Of a DNA stretch of 64,000 nucleotides, positions 19,241-29,083 are shown in pieces. Position 1 is the first letter of the stretch; every line of letters begins with the position of its first letter. Made by a program: the position numbers and the translations under genes. Location of the stretch: the NCBI GenBank assembly GCA_038999725.1, contig JAWBWS010000002.1, positions 133,135 through 197,134 of the forward strand. The letters run 5' to 3'. Under the pieces are notes generated by a model that searched no databases, had not been told where the DNA came from, and worked only from the letters and a program-made list of their open reading frames with translations. The stretch comes from Candidatus Aenigmatarchaeota archaeon. GTDB lineage: Archaea > Aenigmatarchaeota > Aenigmatarchaeia > CG10238-14 > SCSR01.

Positions 19241-20956
19241 ATGATAAGATCACCTATAGTAGTGACTGTTGGGCATATAGACCATGGAAAAACAACTCTG
19301 CTTGACAAAATCAGGGGCACTGCTGTTACCAAACTCGAGCCTGGTATGATGAGTCAGCATGTGGGAGCGAGCTTCATTCCAGTAGAAACAATAAAGAGAA
19401 TATGTGGAAGTTTAATTGAAAAATTGAAGATAGAAATAAAAATTCCGGGCTTGCTTCTGCTCGACACCCCAGGCCATGCTGCTTTTGTAACTTTGAGAAA
19501 AAGAGGGGGGGCCGTTGCTGATCTTGCCATCTTAGTTATTGATATAACAGAAGGATTCCAAGAACAAACAGATGAGAGCTTAGCTGTTTTGAAAGAGTTT
19601 AAAACTCCTTTTGTTGTTGCTGCCACAAAAATAGATAAAATCCCAGGTTGGTATCCCTATCCAAATTCTTGTTTTGTTGAAAGCTTTAAAATGCAAGCCG
19701 AAGATGTTAAAGATGATGTTGAAAAAAATGTCTATAAGATAATTTCGCAATTGGCTGAAAGGGGGTTTAACTCGGAAAGATTTGATAGAGTGGAAAACTT
19801 CACCAAACAAGTTGCCATAGTACCTTGTTCTGGGATAACTGGTGAAGGTATACCTGAACTCTTGGTTGTTTTGGCTGGATTAGCGCAACAATTTTTGAAG
19901 AATAGGCTCAAGCTTTCTGAAGTTGGCAAAGGAACTGTGTTAGAAGTCAAGGAAACCGTAGGTTTTGGTACAACAATTGATGTGATATTGTATGATGGAA
20001 AAATTTCAAAAGGTGACTATATTGTGATAGGTGGAAAAGAACCTACAATCACAAGAGTAAGGGCTTTGCTCAGGCCTAGACCATTACAAGAGCTTAGGGT
20101 TGAAAAACAGTTTGAAAGTGTGGAAGAGGTTGGTGCGGCAGCAGGAATTAAAATTGCTGCTCCTGGTTTAGAGAATGTAGTAGCAGGATCACCGATAATT
20201 GCTGTGAAGAATGAGAAGGAAATAGAAGAAGCAAAAAGATGTGTGCAGATGGAAGTTGAGGAGGTTCAATTTTTGAGACAAATTGATGGAGTTGTTATAA
20301 AAGCGGATACACTTGGAAGCTTAGAGGCCATGATTAGGCTTTTAGGTGAAGAGGGAATTCCGATAAGGAAGGCTGAAGTCGGACATGTGACAAAGCAAGA
20401 TGTTATAGAAGCCGAGAATGTGAGAGAAAAGCTGAGAAGAGTTATACTGGCTTTTAATGTAGAAATCTTTGAAGAAGCAAAAAATTTGGCAAGAGATTTG
20501 AAGATAGAGATTTTCCAGAACAATATAATTTATAGACTCCTTGAAGATTACAAAGAATGGAGTTTTAAATCTAAAGAAAGGGAAATTGAAGAAAAGCTTG
20601 CTAAAGTTGTAAGACCGTGTGAAATTGTTATATTAAAAGGCTGTGTGTTCAGGTCGAGCAATCCTGCAATTTTTGGGGTTGAAGTAAAAAGAGGTTTGCT
20701 TAAACCTGGGACTTTAATGAGAAAAGAAGATGGTAAAATTGTTGGAAAAATAAAAGAGATTCAAAGAGAGGGGCAAACCATACCCGAAGCCAAGAAAGGA
20801 GATAGAGTTGCTGTGAGTATGGAAGAACCTATTGTTGGAAGGCATATAAATGAAGGTGACATTCTGCTTTCAGTAATAAGTGAGGAAGATATGAGGATTT
20901 TGAAAGAAGTTTGGGAAAGGCTAAACGAAGATGAAAAGGAACTGTTAAATTTTTAA
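19241..20956 (+). CDS. infB: Translation initiation factor IF-2 (aIF5B)
   Basis: GHIDHGKTT, DTPGHAAF, TKIDK, KADTLGSLEA. GGTGA RBS before ATG 19241. Confidence 0.97.
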   Translation: MIRSPIVVTVGHIDHGKTTLLDKIRGTAVTKLEPGMMSQHVGASFIPVETIKRICGSLIEKLKIEIKIPGLLLLDTPGHAAFVTLRKRGGAVADLAILVIDITEGFQEQTDESLAVLKEFKTPFVVAATKIDKIPGWYPYPNSCFVESFKMQAEDVKDDVEKNVYKIISQLAERGFNSERFDRVENFTKQVAIVPCSGITGEGIPELLVVLAGLAQQFLKNRLKLSEVGKGTVLEVKETVGFGTTIDVILYDGKISKGDYIVIGGKEPTITRVRALLRPRPLQELRVEKQFESVEEVGAAAGIKIAAPGLENVVAGSPIIAVKNEKEIEEAKRCVQMEVEEVQFLRQIDGVVIKADTLGSLEAMIRLLGEEGIPIRKAEVGHVTKQDVIEAENVREKLRRVILAFNVEIFEEAKNLARDLKIEIFQNNIIYRLLEDYKEWSFKSKEREIEEKLAKVVRPCEIVILKGCVFRSSNPAIFGVEVKRGLLKPGTLMRKEDGKIVGKIKEIQREGQTIPEAKKGDRVAVSMEEPIVGRHINEGDILLSVISEEDMRILKEVWERLNEDEKELLNF

Positions 20957-20993
20957 GTTCACTCGCTAATATAATACGTTAGGAGGCCAAACC

Positions 20994-21890
20994 TTGAATA
21001 AAGTTTTAATTACAATTGCAATTTCGGTTATTTTGTTGGTTAGTACAGCAAAAGCAGAAGAATTACCAAGTCCCAGAATTCTTCCAGATCACCCCTTCTA
21101 TCCAGTTAAAACTTTTCTTGAAAAAGTAAGACTTTGGCTGACTTTTGATTCTGAAGCTAAGGCAAGATTCCGTATTTTCCTTGCTGAACAGAGACTGGCA
21201 GAGCTTAACGCTATGATAGCAAAAAACAAATGGCAATATGTGGAAAAATTGAAAGAAGAATATGAAAAAGAAGTGAATGAGACTGAAAAAGAAACAAATA
21301 AGACTTTTGGTTTAGGGAGAAATGCTACTACATTGCTTGAGCATATTTGTAATGAAACTTATAAACATATAACTGTCCTTGAAAGGATTTTGAGTAAAGT
21401 ACCTGAAGCTGCGAGACCTGGTTTAGAAAGAGCAATAGAGGCTTCAATAAGAGGACATGAAAAGTGTTTGGAGAGAATGGAAAAATTGTTGAATGCAACC
21501 AATTACATGTTAAGGGAGAGAGTATGCACAAGTGATAGTGAGTGCATAAACTTATCTATTTGGTGTCCTATGCAACTGAATTTTAAACTACATTGCTTTA
21601 TTCCAGAAAATAAAACAAAAGGAGTTTGTGTTTGTGGATTACCGTGGGAGAAAAAGAAAATAAATTGCACTGATGACTCTGAATGTTTTGAGTTGGTTTG
21701 CCCGATGATTATAGGCAATGATACACCAGTTTGCTTAAATGGTAGATGTACTTGTGGTGCAAAGTGGCAAATAAGGAATAGAAGTGAGTGGGAAAAAAGA
21801 TTTAGAGAAGAATTCACAAATATAACATGGGATATACAAGAGAAGATAAGGGAAAGAGTAGAAAGGGAAATAAGAAAAAGGGGAGGTTAG
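20994..21890 (+). CDS. Secreted DUF5667-domain protein with two Cys-rich C-terminal repeats
   Basis: Signal peptide; LPDHPFYPVKTFLEKVRL...AEQRLAE (DUF5667); repeats CTSDSEC...CVCG and CTDDSEC...CTCG. Confidence 0.75.
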   Translation: MNKVLITIAISVILLVSTAKAEELPSPRILPDHPFYPVKTFLEKVRLWLTFDSEAKARFRIFLAEQRLAELNAMIAKNKWQYVEKLKEEYEKEVNETEKETNKTFGLGRNATTLLEHICNETYKHITVLERILSKVPEAARPGLERAIEASIRGHEKCLERMEKLLNATNYMLRERVCTSDSECINLSIWCPMQLNFKLHCFIPENKTKGVCVCGLPWEKKKINCTDDSECFELVCPMIIGNDTPVCLNGRCTCGAKWQIRNRSEWEKRFREEFTNITWDIQEKIRERVEREIRKRGG

Positions 21891-22639
21891 ACTTTCAAAT
21901 TTTTCAGTTTACCGAGAAAAGTGCCATCCAATAAGTAAATTTCAGATTTTTCCATATCAATTAATTTATTCAACAAATTAGATTCCTCACTTTCTAGAAG
22001 CTTGAGTAAACTCATATTTCCCAGTAGGGTGTTAAAAGTTGGTATTATTATGGCATGAAGTTTGCCCACTTTCTTTAGCTTGTACTTTTCCTTTATTTTA
22101 TCCTTGAGTTTACCTTTTATCCACACTTGCTCTGAAGTTCTAAACCCAAGTTTATCTTTGAATTCTATTCCAGGATGAAGATGGGCCAAAAAAAGGTAAT
22201 CACAACTTAAAAGCTTTTTTGAAGGCCAAGCGTGACCATGGAAGAAGCCATACTTACCAAGTTTAAACCCTCTACTTCCGTATACTTTTATACCCTTTGG
22301 CACAATTTGCTCCAAGTCTGTATCATGATTTCCTTTGACAAGAATAACTTTGAAATTATCTTTCAAATATTCTAAAAATTTTGGAAGTTCTTTTTCCTCT
22401 CTTATGCTCATTCCTGGAACTTTGTGTTTTATGTCCCCAAGGATAATCAGTTTCTTCGCTTTCGTCAACTCGTATAACTTTTTTATCTTCTCCTGAAATT
22501 TTTCCCTTTGTGGTGGAATAATGATTCCTTTTTTGAAAAGCTCGTGCTCCAAACCTAGATGAAGCTCGGCTATAACTAAAGTTTTTTTCTCTGGGATGAA
22601 AGCCGCTGGTTGATTGGTTATAAACTTTACTGCCTTCAT
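21887..22639 (-). CDS. Calcineurin-like metallophosphoesterase (COG1407-like)
   Basis: IAELHLG (usual Asp replaced by Glu), LGDIKH, KGNHD, FHGH, AHLHP, IPTFN. Confidence 0.88.
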   Translation of the reverse strand: MKAVKFITNQPAAFIPEKKTLVIAELHLGLEHELFKKGIIIPPQREKFQEKIKKLYELTKAKKLIILGDIKHKVPGMSIREEKELPKFLEYLKDNFKVILVKGNHDTDLEQIVPKGIKVYGSRGFKLGKYGFFHGHAWPSKKLLSCDYLFLAHLHPGIEFKDKLGFRTSEQVWIKGKLKDKIKEKYKLKKVGKLHAIIIPTFNTLLGNMSLLKLLESEESNLLNKLIDMEKSEIYLLDGTFLGKLKNLKV

Positions 22640-22741
22640 ATTTTTATGTACATTTGAAAAAGATATACTACTTTTGGGAGAGGTGTTTCCTCACTTCATG
22701 AGTTCTAAGTTTTTATATCCTTGAGTGATAATTTAAAATCT

Positions 22742-24247
22742 ATGAAAGAAATTGGCACTGTGATTTCCACTCCAGAAGGACCGAGTAGTGGCAAATTCTC
22801 TTTTGTGATAAGTGAAGATAAGGAGAAAATGCCTGTTAGAAAAAATGAGTATGTTCAGCTTAGGACAGAGCAAGGATTACTAATAGCAAGAGTTGCTGAA
22901 ATATTCAGGATGAACAGATATTTCATGAGAGCAGAATCTGTGAAAGAATATGAGAAGAGTGGAAAGGATTTGAGCGAAATTTTCCCAACAAATAAATGGG
23001 AATTCCTCGTGGCTTTTGCAACTCCCCTGGGAATTTTTGACGGAGGTAAACAATTTAGAGTTTCTTTCCCACCTTCACCTGGAGAAAAAGTTTACAAGGT
23101 TGATGAAAAATTACTTTCAGAATTTTTGGGCTTAGATGAAAGTGGTTTGGTTGTAGGGAAAATGGATGCTCATAATTTGGAAGTTAAATTGAATTTGACT
23201 AAGCTCTTCCAAAAACACTTAGCCATTCTTGCTATCAGTGGTGCTGGTAAGTCTTATCTTGCTTCAGTTCTTATAGAAGAAATCTTAGATAGGGAAGATA
23301 AGGTAAAGCCTGCAGTAATAGTTTTTGACCCCCATGGTGAATACATTGGCTTTTCGGAAGATGAAAAATATATAGCCAAAACAAAAGTTTATGGAAAGGA
23401 TAAAATCTCCATAGCCACGAACAAAATTTCACCAAGCTTGATGAATGAGTTTATACCGCAAATGTCCTATGTTCAAAGAAGGGAACTTTCACCAATAATT
23501 AAAAAATTGCAAGAAGAAAAGAAAGTTTACGATTTTGATGAATTAGTTGAAGCTGTGGAAAAAAGTGAGATAAACCAAAAAACAAAATTAGCTTTGAACT
23601 CTTGGCTTTTTGATCTGGCTTCAACAGGTTTGTTTGGCAAAATAGATTCACCATCCTTAGATGAAGTTGCGAAGCTTGGTCAACTCACAATTTTTGACCT
23701 TTCTGATTTCGTTCATCTGAAAGAAAGACAAATAGTCCTGACTTATTTTGCAAGGAAACTCTTTGATCTGAGAAGAGGAGGGAAAATTCCACCTTTTATT
23801 ATTTTTGTGGAAGAAAGCCATCAGTTTTGCCCTGAGGGAGAAGAAGCTGCCAATGCCATTTCAAGAAATGTGATAGAGCAAATAGCAAGAGAGGGAAGAA
23901 AGTTTGGAGCTTGTTTAGTGCTGATAACCCAAAGACCGATAAGGCTTGCTACAACAGCATTAAGCCAGTGTAATACTCATATCATCATGAGAATAAACAA
24001 CCCTTATGATATAAAACATATAGGTGAAAGTTGTGAAGGTGTAACTAAGGATGTTTTGGATATGTTACCAGGATTAAAAGTTGGTGAAGCCTTAATCGTT
24101 GGTGAAGCTGTTAATTATCCTTTGCTTGTGAAAGTTAGAGAAAGAAGGAGTAAGAAATCTGAAAAGGGAAGAAAATTGGAAGAAGAAATTTTAGCTTTTA
24201 TTGAAAGCGAAGATAGAAAGATTGAAGATTTGGAAGCTTTCAAGTAA
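22742..24247 (+). CDS. herA: HerA family helicase/translocase
   Basis: N-terminal HAS barrel, HLAILAISGAGKS, DPHGEY, EESHQF, AREGRKFG, TQRP. ATG 22742 likely (track start 22721). Confidence 0.88.
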   Translation: MKEIGTVISTPEGPSSGKFSFVISEDKEKMPVRKNEYVQLRTEQGLLIARVAEIFRMNRYFMRAESVKEYEKSGKDLSEIFPTNKWEFLVAFATPLGIFDGGKQFRVSFPPSPGEKVYKVDEKLLSEFLGLDESGLVVGKMDAHNLEVKLNLTKLFQKHLAILAISGAGKSYLASVLIEEILDREDKVKPAVIVFDPHGEYIGFSEDEKYIAKTKVYGKDKISIATNKISPSLMNEFIPQMSYVQRRELSPIIKKLQEEKKVYDFDELVEAVEKSEINQKTKLALNSWLFDLASTGLFGKIDSPSLDEVAKLGQLTIFDLSDFVHLKERQIVLTYFARKLFDLRRGGKIPPFIIFVEESHQFCPEGEEAANAISRNVIEQIAREGRKFGACLVLITQRPIRLATTALSQCNTHIIMRINNPYDIKHIGESCEGVTKDVLDMLPGLKVGEALIVGEAVNYPLLVKVRERRSKKSEKGRKLEEEILAFIESEDRKIEDLEAFK

Positions 24248-24248
24248 T

Positions 24249-26618
24249 TTAATCAATCCTTATAACTTTGGTTGGTCCATCTTCATCTTTATTTCTCTCA
24301 AGCCTGTAGACTGAGCCTGTTGCAGCATCCTCAAGCTCTGGCTGATGAGTTATGAGAAAAGTTTGATCTATAAACTCATTTATCCTCTCCCTTAAAGTTA
24401 TTGAAAGCTCCCTTATGGCCCTTGCATCAAGATTTGCAGTTGGCTCATCTAGAACAAGGACTCTTAATTGGGGAGCTAGAGCTAAGGCTAGGGCAATTCT
24501 TAAAGCCAAACAAGCTATGCTTCTTTCCCCTCCAGAAACGTTCCCCTCAACATTCACCCAATTTCCATCTCTTCCTTGCAATTGCAATACATAATCACCT
24601 TCCTCTGCATTTAGTCTAATTGAAATGAAGTCGTGGTAAGGGTAAAGTGTATTCCAAAGTTTACTCATGGTTAAATTTACACCTTCAACAAAATTATTTC
24701 TAAGCTCAATCTGTGTTTCTTCTAGTGCTAGGTTGAAGATTTCCAAGTCCCTTGTGAGTCTATCAAGTTTTTGGATTTCTTTTTTCATTTTTTCTAGAGT
24801 TTTCACTTTTTCCTCTTGTTCTTTCCTCCTAGCTTCTTTTTCTTGAATCAAAGAATCATAAGAGCAAAGTTTTGTCCTAGTTTCGCTTTCCATGCTTATA
24901 ATTGATTTAAGATTCTCTTCCATAGCATCCAAATCTTTTCCCTCAAGTTTGACCTCTTTTTCTTTAATTTTTTTCTTAACTTCTTCAATTTCCCTCTTCA
25001 ATTCCTCACTTCTCTTCTTCCTCTCCTCCAAGTCTTGAAGTTGAATTAGCAAAATATCATACTTCCTCTTTTTCTCCTCGTTTTCTTTAATCTCACTTTC
25101 TATGTTATTGACTTCTTTCCTAACTAGCTCTAAATCTATCCTGGCTTTGTTCGCAAAATAGTTCAGTTGGGATAAATCTTTTTCAGAATCTTCTAGCTCT
25201 TTCTGTATATCTTGCAAGTCTTTAACTTGAATGTACATTTCTCCTATTTTTTTAGCTGCATCTTCAAGTTTTTTCAAATTCTCACTTGCATTTTGTTTGT
25301 TGATGAGCAAATCTGCTAGCCTATCTTGCAGTTTCTTCAACTGCTCTTCTTTCTGTTTAATCAGTAGGATTTTTCTTTCTTGTGTTAAAATTGAGTCACA
25401 AACTGGGCATCTATTTTCAGAAGAAGATAAGTGTTGAATAAAAGAATTCAGATCTTTTATTAAAGTGTTCGTTGCCGAAATATCGGAATTTATTTTTTCC
25501 AAATTCTCTCTACTTTTTTCAATTTGTTCCTCTATATTTTCTCCAGTTGTGCTCAGAAGATGATCAAGTTCCTTCTTAATTCCAGTTTTTTCTTCCAAGA
25601 GTGGTTTAAGCTTGTAGATTTTTTCTCCACTCAGGAATTTTATTTTGCTCTCTGCTTGAGAAATCTCAGAAAAAATTTTTTCATAATTCTCCTTTTTTTG
25701 CTTTAGCTCAAGTTCTTTTTCTCTCAAGAGTTCTTCAATTTCTTTTATTGCCCTTTCTACACTTTCTTTAGAAAACCCCCTCGTAGCATTTTCTATAGAT
25801 TTAATCGCACTGAGAGTTTCTTCTAAAACACTTTCTTTTCCCTTTTCTTCTCTTCTCAAAATTTCTATGGCATCTTTCGTTTTCTTAAGTTCCAGTAATT
25901 CTTTTTCGAGTTTTTCTTTTTCTCTTTCTATTTTTTCGAGTTTACTTTTCAATTCTTCTTTTTCTGAAGAAAGTTTCGAAATTACTTCTACTAACTCGGC
26001 CAAATTTTTTCTCACTTCCTCTTCATTTATCTGGCTTACACTACTTTCAATCCCAAGTTTTCTATCGGCAAGTCTGTTTATTAGGGTAACAGAAGAAGCT
26101 CTTGCTCTTTCAAACTTATCTATTCCCAAAAGCTCATCTATCTTTTTCATCCTTTGTCCTCTTGGTATTGTTAGGAAATAGTCTAGAGCATTTTGTTCTG
26201 AATAAATTGCCTTACTGAAAAGCTCATAATCGACTTTCAAAATTTCCTCAATTTTTTCTGTAACCCTTTGTGCATTAGGTGACTCAAGAAGGTTCCCTTC
26301 TTCTCTTATTTCAGAATAAGTTGTTCCCTTTCCCCTTTCTATCACTCTTTTCACAGAGTAATTTTTCCCATTAATTTGAAAGTGGAGCTCAATTTCTGCT
26401 TTTGTTTTTTCAATTGGCTTATTCATTATCACATCATCGAGCTTTAATTTCTTGGTTTGAAGAGTTGGAAAGGTCCCAAAAAGGGCAAAACAAATGGCGT
26501 CAAGAATAGAAGTCTTGCCTGAACCTATTGAGCCAAGTAAGATGTTTGTACCTGAAGAAAATTCTAGTTTTGAATCTAAATGAGAACGCCAGTTCTTCAG
26601 CTCGATTCTAGTTATCAT
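24249..26618 (-). CDS. rad50: DNA double-strand break repair ATPase Rad50
   Basis: Walker A GSIGSGKTS, long coiled coil with CPVC zinc hook, SGGE signature, LDEPT; coupled to mre11. Confidence 0.93.
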   Translation of the reverse strand: MITRIELKNWRSHLDSKLEFSSGTNILLGSIGSGKTSILDAICFALFGTFPTLQTKKLKLDDVIMNKPIEKTKAEIELHFQINGKNYSVKRVIERGKGTTYSEIREEGNLLESPNAQRVTEKIEEILKVDYELFSKAIYSEQNALDYFLTIPRGQRMKKIDELLGIDKFERARASSVTLINRLADRKLGIESSVSQINEEEVRKNLAELVEVISKLSSEKEELKSKLEKIEREKEKLEKELLELKKTKDAIEILRREEKGKESVLEETLSAIKSIENATRGFSKESVERAIKEIEELLREKELELKQKKENYEKIFSEISQAESKIKFLSGEKIYKLKPLLEEKTGIKKELDHLLSTTGENIEEQIEKSRENLEKINSDISATNTLIKDLNSFIQHLSSSENRCPVCDSILTQERKILLIKQKEEQLKKLQDRLADLLINKQNASENLKKLEDAAKKIGEMYIQVKDLQDIQKELEDSEKDLSQLNYFANKARIDLELVRKEVNNIESEIKENEEKKRKYDILLIQLQDLEERKKRSEELKREIEEVKKKIKEKEVKLEGKDLDAMEENLKSIISMESETRTKLCSYDSLIQEKEARRKEQEEKVKTLEKMKKEIQKLDRLTRDLEIFNLALEETQIELRNNFVEGVNLTMSKLWNTLYPYHDFISIRLNAEEGDYVLQLQGRDGNWVNVEGNVSGGERSIACLALRIALALALAPQLRVLVLDEPTANLDARAIRELSITLRERINEFIDQTFLITHQPELEDAATGSVYRLERNKDEDGPTKVIRID

Positions 26619-27879
26619 GTCTCACACCAAAATCTTTCAGAGATTTCTTTAAAATTGATTCCAAAGTTTTTTGCTCCCCAATAAAAATATTGAAAGCTTT
26701 TTCAATTTCTCCTTCGCTTAACAAATTGAAAGCCTGCTCAAAATCAAAAGAAGAAGTGAAGCCAAATTCTTCCAAATTTTTCCTGAAGATTTCCAGGCCT
26801 ATATCCTCAATAGAAAGTTTTTGCTCTCTCAGAGCTCTGAGAAACTCAGTCTTCTTCTCAACCTCTTGAGATTCAAATTCTTTTGTAAAGATTAAAATAG
26901 CCTTGCCTGAGAAATTTTTCTCCAAACTTCTTAACTCCTGATCAAGGATTTCCACACCCCTTCCAATCAACTTCATCTTTATTATTGGTGGTTTGATGAA
27001 ATTCTTGTCCAGGATTTCCTTTAACCTTTTTTCTATTCGATCTTTCACTGAATCCTTTTCAAGCAGAATCTCCTCATAAAAGAACTTTCTACCTTTCTCA
27101 AGGGGAACAAATTCTATTTTTATTTCTTCGTCTAAATCAATCATGTAAATCCCTTTTTCAGTTTCGGCTTCAGCTTTATCAAACTGTGTTATCATCGTGC
27201 TACCTGGGAAAAGCAAAATTGAGTTGTCAATTCTAGATTGACCATGTTGATGAATGTGGCCGTTAATTATTAAATCAAAGCCTTTCGGTAGGTTTGAAAT
27301 AGAAAGTGTGGGGGGCTCGAGGGGTGAGTAGACGTAAGGATCTATGCTTTGATGTAAGAGCAAGATGTTAAAACAGTCTTTTATAGGCTGGGGGTTCCAT
27401 TGATTGAGTAGGTTTTTTGCAAATCTCTCAGGCACACCAGACATTCCATGAATTGAAACTTTTATCCCATCTTTCTCAAAAATTACTGAATCACAATGAA
27501 GATGAATTAGTAAGCCTGCATTCTCTAAAACTTCAACTGCATTCAATTCCCCCCTTCCTCTTCTTTCATGAGTTCCATGAATTGCTATAACTGGTAGATG
27601 GTTTAGAGTTCTCACAGAAGCTTTCTTTAGCTCTTTTGAAGAACTCACAAGCTTTATTCCTCTGTTCTCTTCAAGAGAGGGTTTTACCAAAATTTTCATG
27701 GCCTTTGCCCAAGTTTGTGTTTTTGGCACTCGTGAATCAAAAATATCACCAAGGATTAAAATCAAGTCAGCTTTTAAAGCTTTTTCTATAGCTTCTTCTG
27801 CATTTTCAAAACTATCCTCTTCAAGCTCTGGGCTAAAAGAAAAGCCAAAGTGAAAGTCTGAGAGAGCTGCTATCTTCAT
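26608..27879 (-). CDS. mre11: DNA double-strand break repair nuclease Mre11
   Basis: SDFHFG, GDIFD, HGTHE, LLHQS, NGHIH, PGS; overlaps the rad50 start. Confidence 0.92.
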   Translation of the reverse strand: MKIAALSDFHFGFSFSPELEEDSFENAEEAIEKALKADLILILGDIFDSRVPKTQTWAKAMKILVKPSLEENRGIKLVSSSKELKKASVRTLNHLPVIAIHGTHERRGRGELNAVEVLENAGLLIHLHCDSVIFEKDGIKVSIHGMSGVPERFAKNLLNQWNPQPIKDCFNILLLHQSIDPYVYSPLEPPTLSISNLPKGFDLIINGHIHQHGQSRIDNSILLFPGSTMITQFDKAEAETEKGIYMIDLDEEIKIEFVPLEKGRKFFYEEILLEKDSVKDRIEKRLKEILDKNFIKPPIIKMKLIGRGVEILDQELRSLEKNFSGKAILIFTKEFESQEVEKKTEFLRALREQKLSIEDIGLEIFRKNLEEFGFTSSFDFEQAFNLLSEGEIEKAFNIFIGEQKTLESILKKSLKDFGVRHDN

Positions 27880-27911
27880 GAAATCTACTTAAACTATGAA
27901 ATCGAACTTAT

Positions 27912-28850
27912 TTAAATTCTTCTGAGCTGTCTTTCCTCCAAGCCCCTTGTAAGGCCGAGCTTAAAAGCAAGCTCAATCGCCTTCTTATAATCTTCTCTTA
28001 TGCTTTTCTTGAGTTCTGGGTATTTTTCTGGTTTAAGTAAGACTTCCCCAGCCGGATAGTATTGAGACATTACATTAACATAGCTGTTTGGGGAAATTTC
28101 TTTTACAATAAAATTTAACACATTGGTAGTTTCTGCTATGTTATTAGGTAAGACCAAATGCCTTATCAACAAACCCCTGAAAGCTAAGCCTTTTCTGACT
28201 TTCAAATCGCCCACTTGAGAGTGCATTTCTTTTATTGCTTCTTTGCATCTATCCCAATAATCTTCAACAGGAGGATTAGAATATTTTTTCCCTCCCTCAT
28301 TACTCCCGTATTTTATGTCTGGCATGTAAATATCAACTATTCCTTCAAGAAGCTTTATAACTTCAACATTTTCATACCCCCCACAATTCCAAACTATTGG
28401 TAGATTTAATCCCTTTTCAGCAGCAATTTTTATGGCTTTAACTAGTTGTGGAGCGAAGTGTGTTGGTGTTACTAGATTAATATTATGGCATTTCATTCTT
28501 TGCAAACTCAACATCATCTCAGCCACTTCTTCTTCAGAACATTCTTCACCTTCTCCTAAATGTGAGATCTCGTAATTTTGACAATAGACGCATCTTAAGC
28601 TACAATTTGAAAGAAAAATTGTGCCCGAGCCGTGAGTTCCAACTAAAACTTCTTCTTCTCCAAAGTGTGGGAAAAAGCTTGAGACCTTAAGCTTCGCGCC
28701 AGAACGACAGATTCCTTTTTCCCCTTTCAGTCTGTCAACATGACATTTTCTTGGACATAGCTCACATCTCTCCAAAATCTTATAAAGCCTACTAATCTTT
28801 TCTTCCATCTCTCCCCTTTCAATTAACTCCAAATAACTTGGTTTAAACAT
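27912..28850 (-). CDS. Radical SAM protein, PflX/COG1313-like
   Basis: CELCPRKC N-terminal cluster, CSLRCVYCQN (CxxxCxxC), HNINLVTPTH, DIYMPDIKYG, IRHLVLP. Confidence 0.9.
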   Translation of the reverse strand: MFKPSYLELIERGEMEEKISRLYKILERCELCPRKCHVDRLKGEKGICRSGAKLKVSSFFPHFGEEEVLVGTHGSGTIFLSNCSLRCVYCQNYEISHLGEGEECSEEEVAEMMLSLQRMKCHNINLVTPTHFAPQLVKAIKIAAEKGLNLPIVWNCGGYENVEVIKLLEGIVDIYMPDIKYGSNEGGKKYSNPPVEDYWDRCKEAIKEMHSQVGDLKVRKGLAFRGLLIRHLVLPNNIAETTNVLNFIVKEISPNSYVNVMSQYYPAGEVLLKPEKYPELKKSIREDYKKAIELAFKLGLTRGLEERQLRRI

Positions 28851-29083
28851 TAATAAATGATTGTTTTTCTAAATTTGTAACTTTTAAAACAAGTAGCCAA
28901 ATTAATTAACAAAAAGCTTTATAATTATTTCACTAGAGTAAAATTGTGGTACAACTTGTCAGCATAAGAACCTTGAAAGATTACAAAAAGCATCTCAATC
29001 CGTTTTTTAATCTCGTGGGGAAAGTTAAAAGAATTTAGAAATTTAAATGAAAACTTCAATAGATTTAAATTATAGGTGGATAG

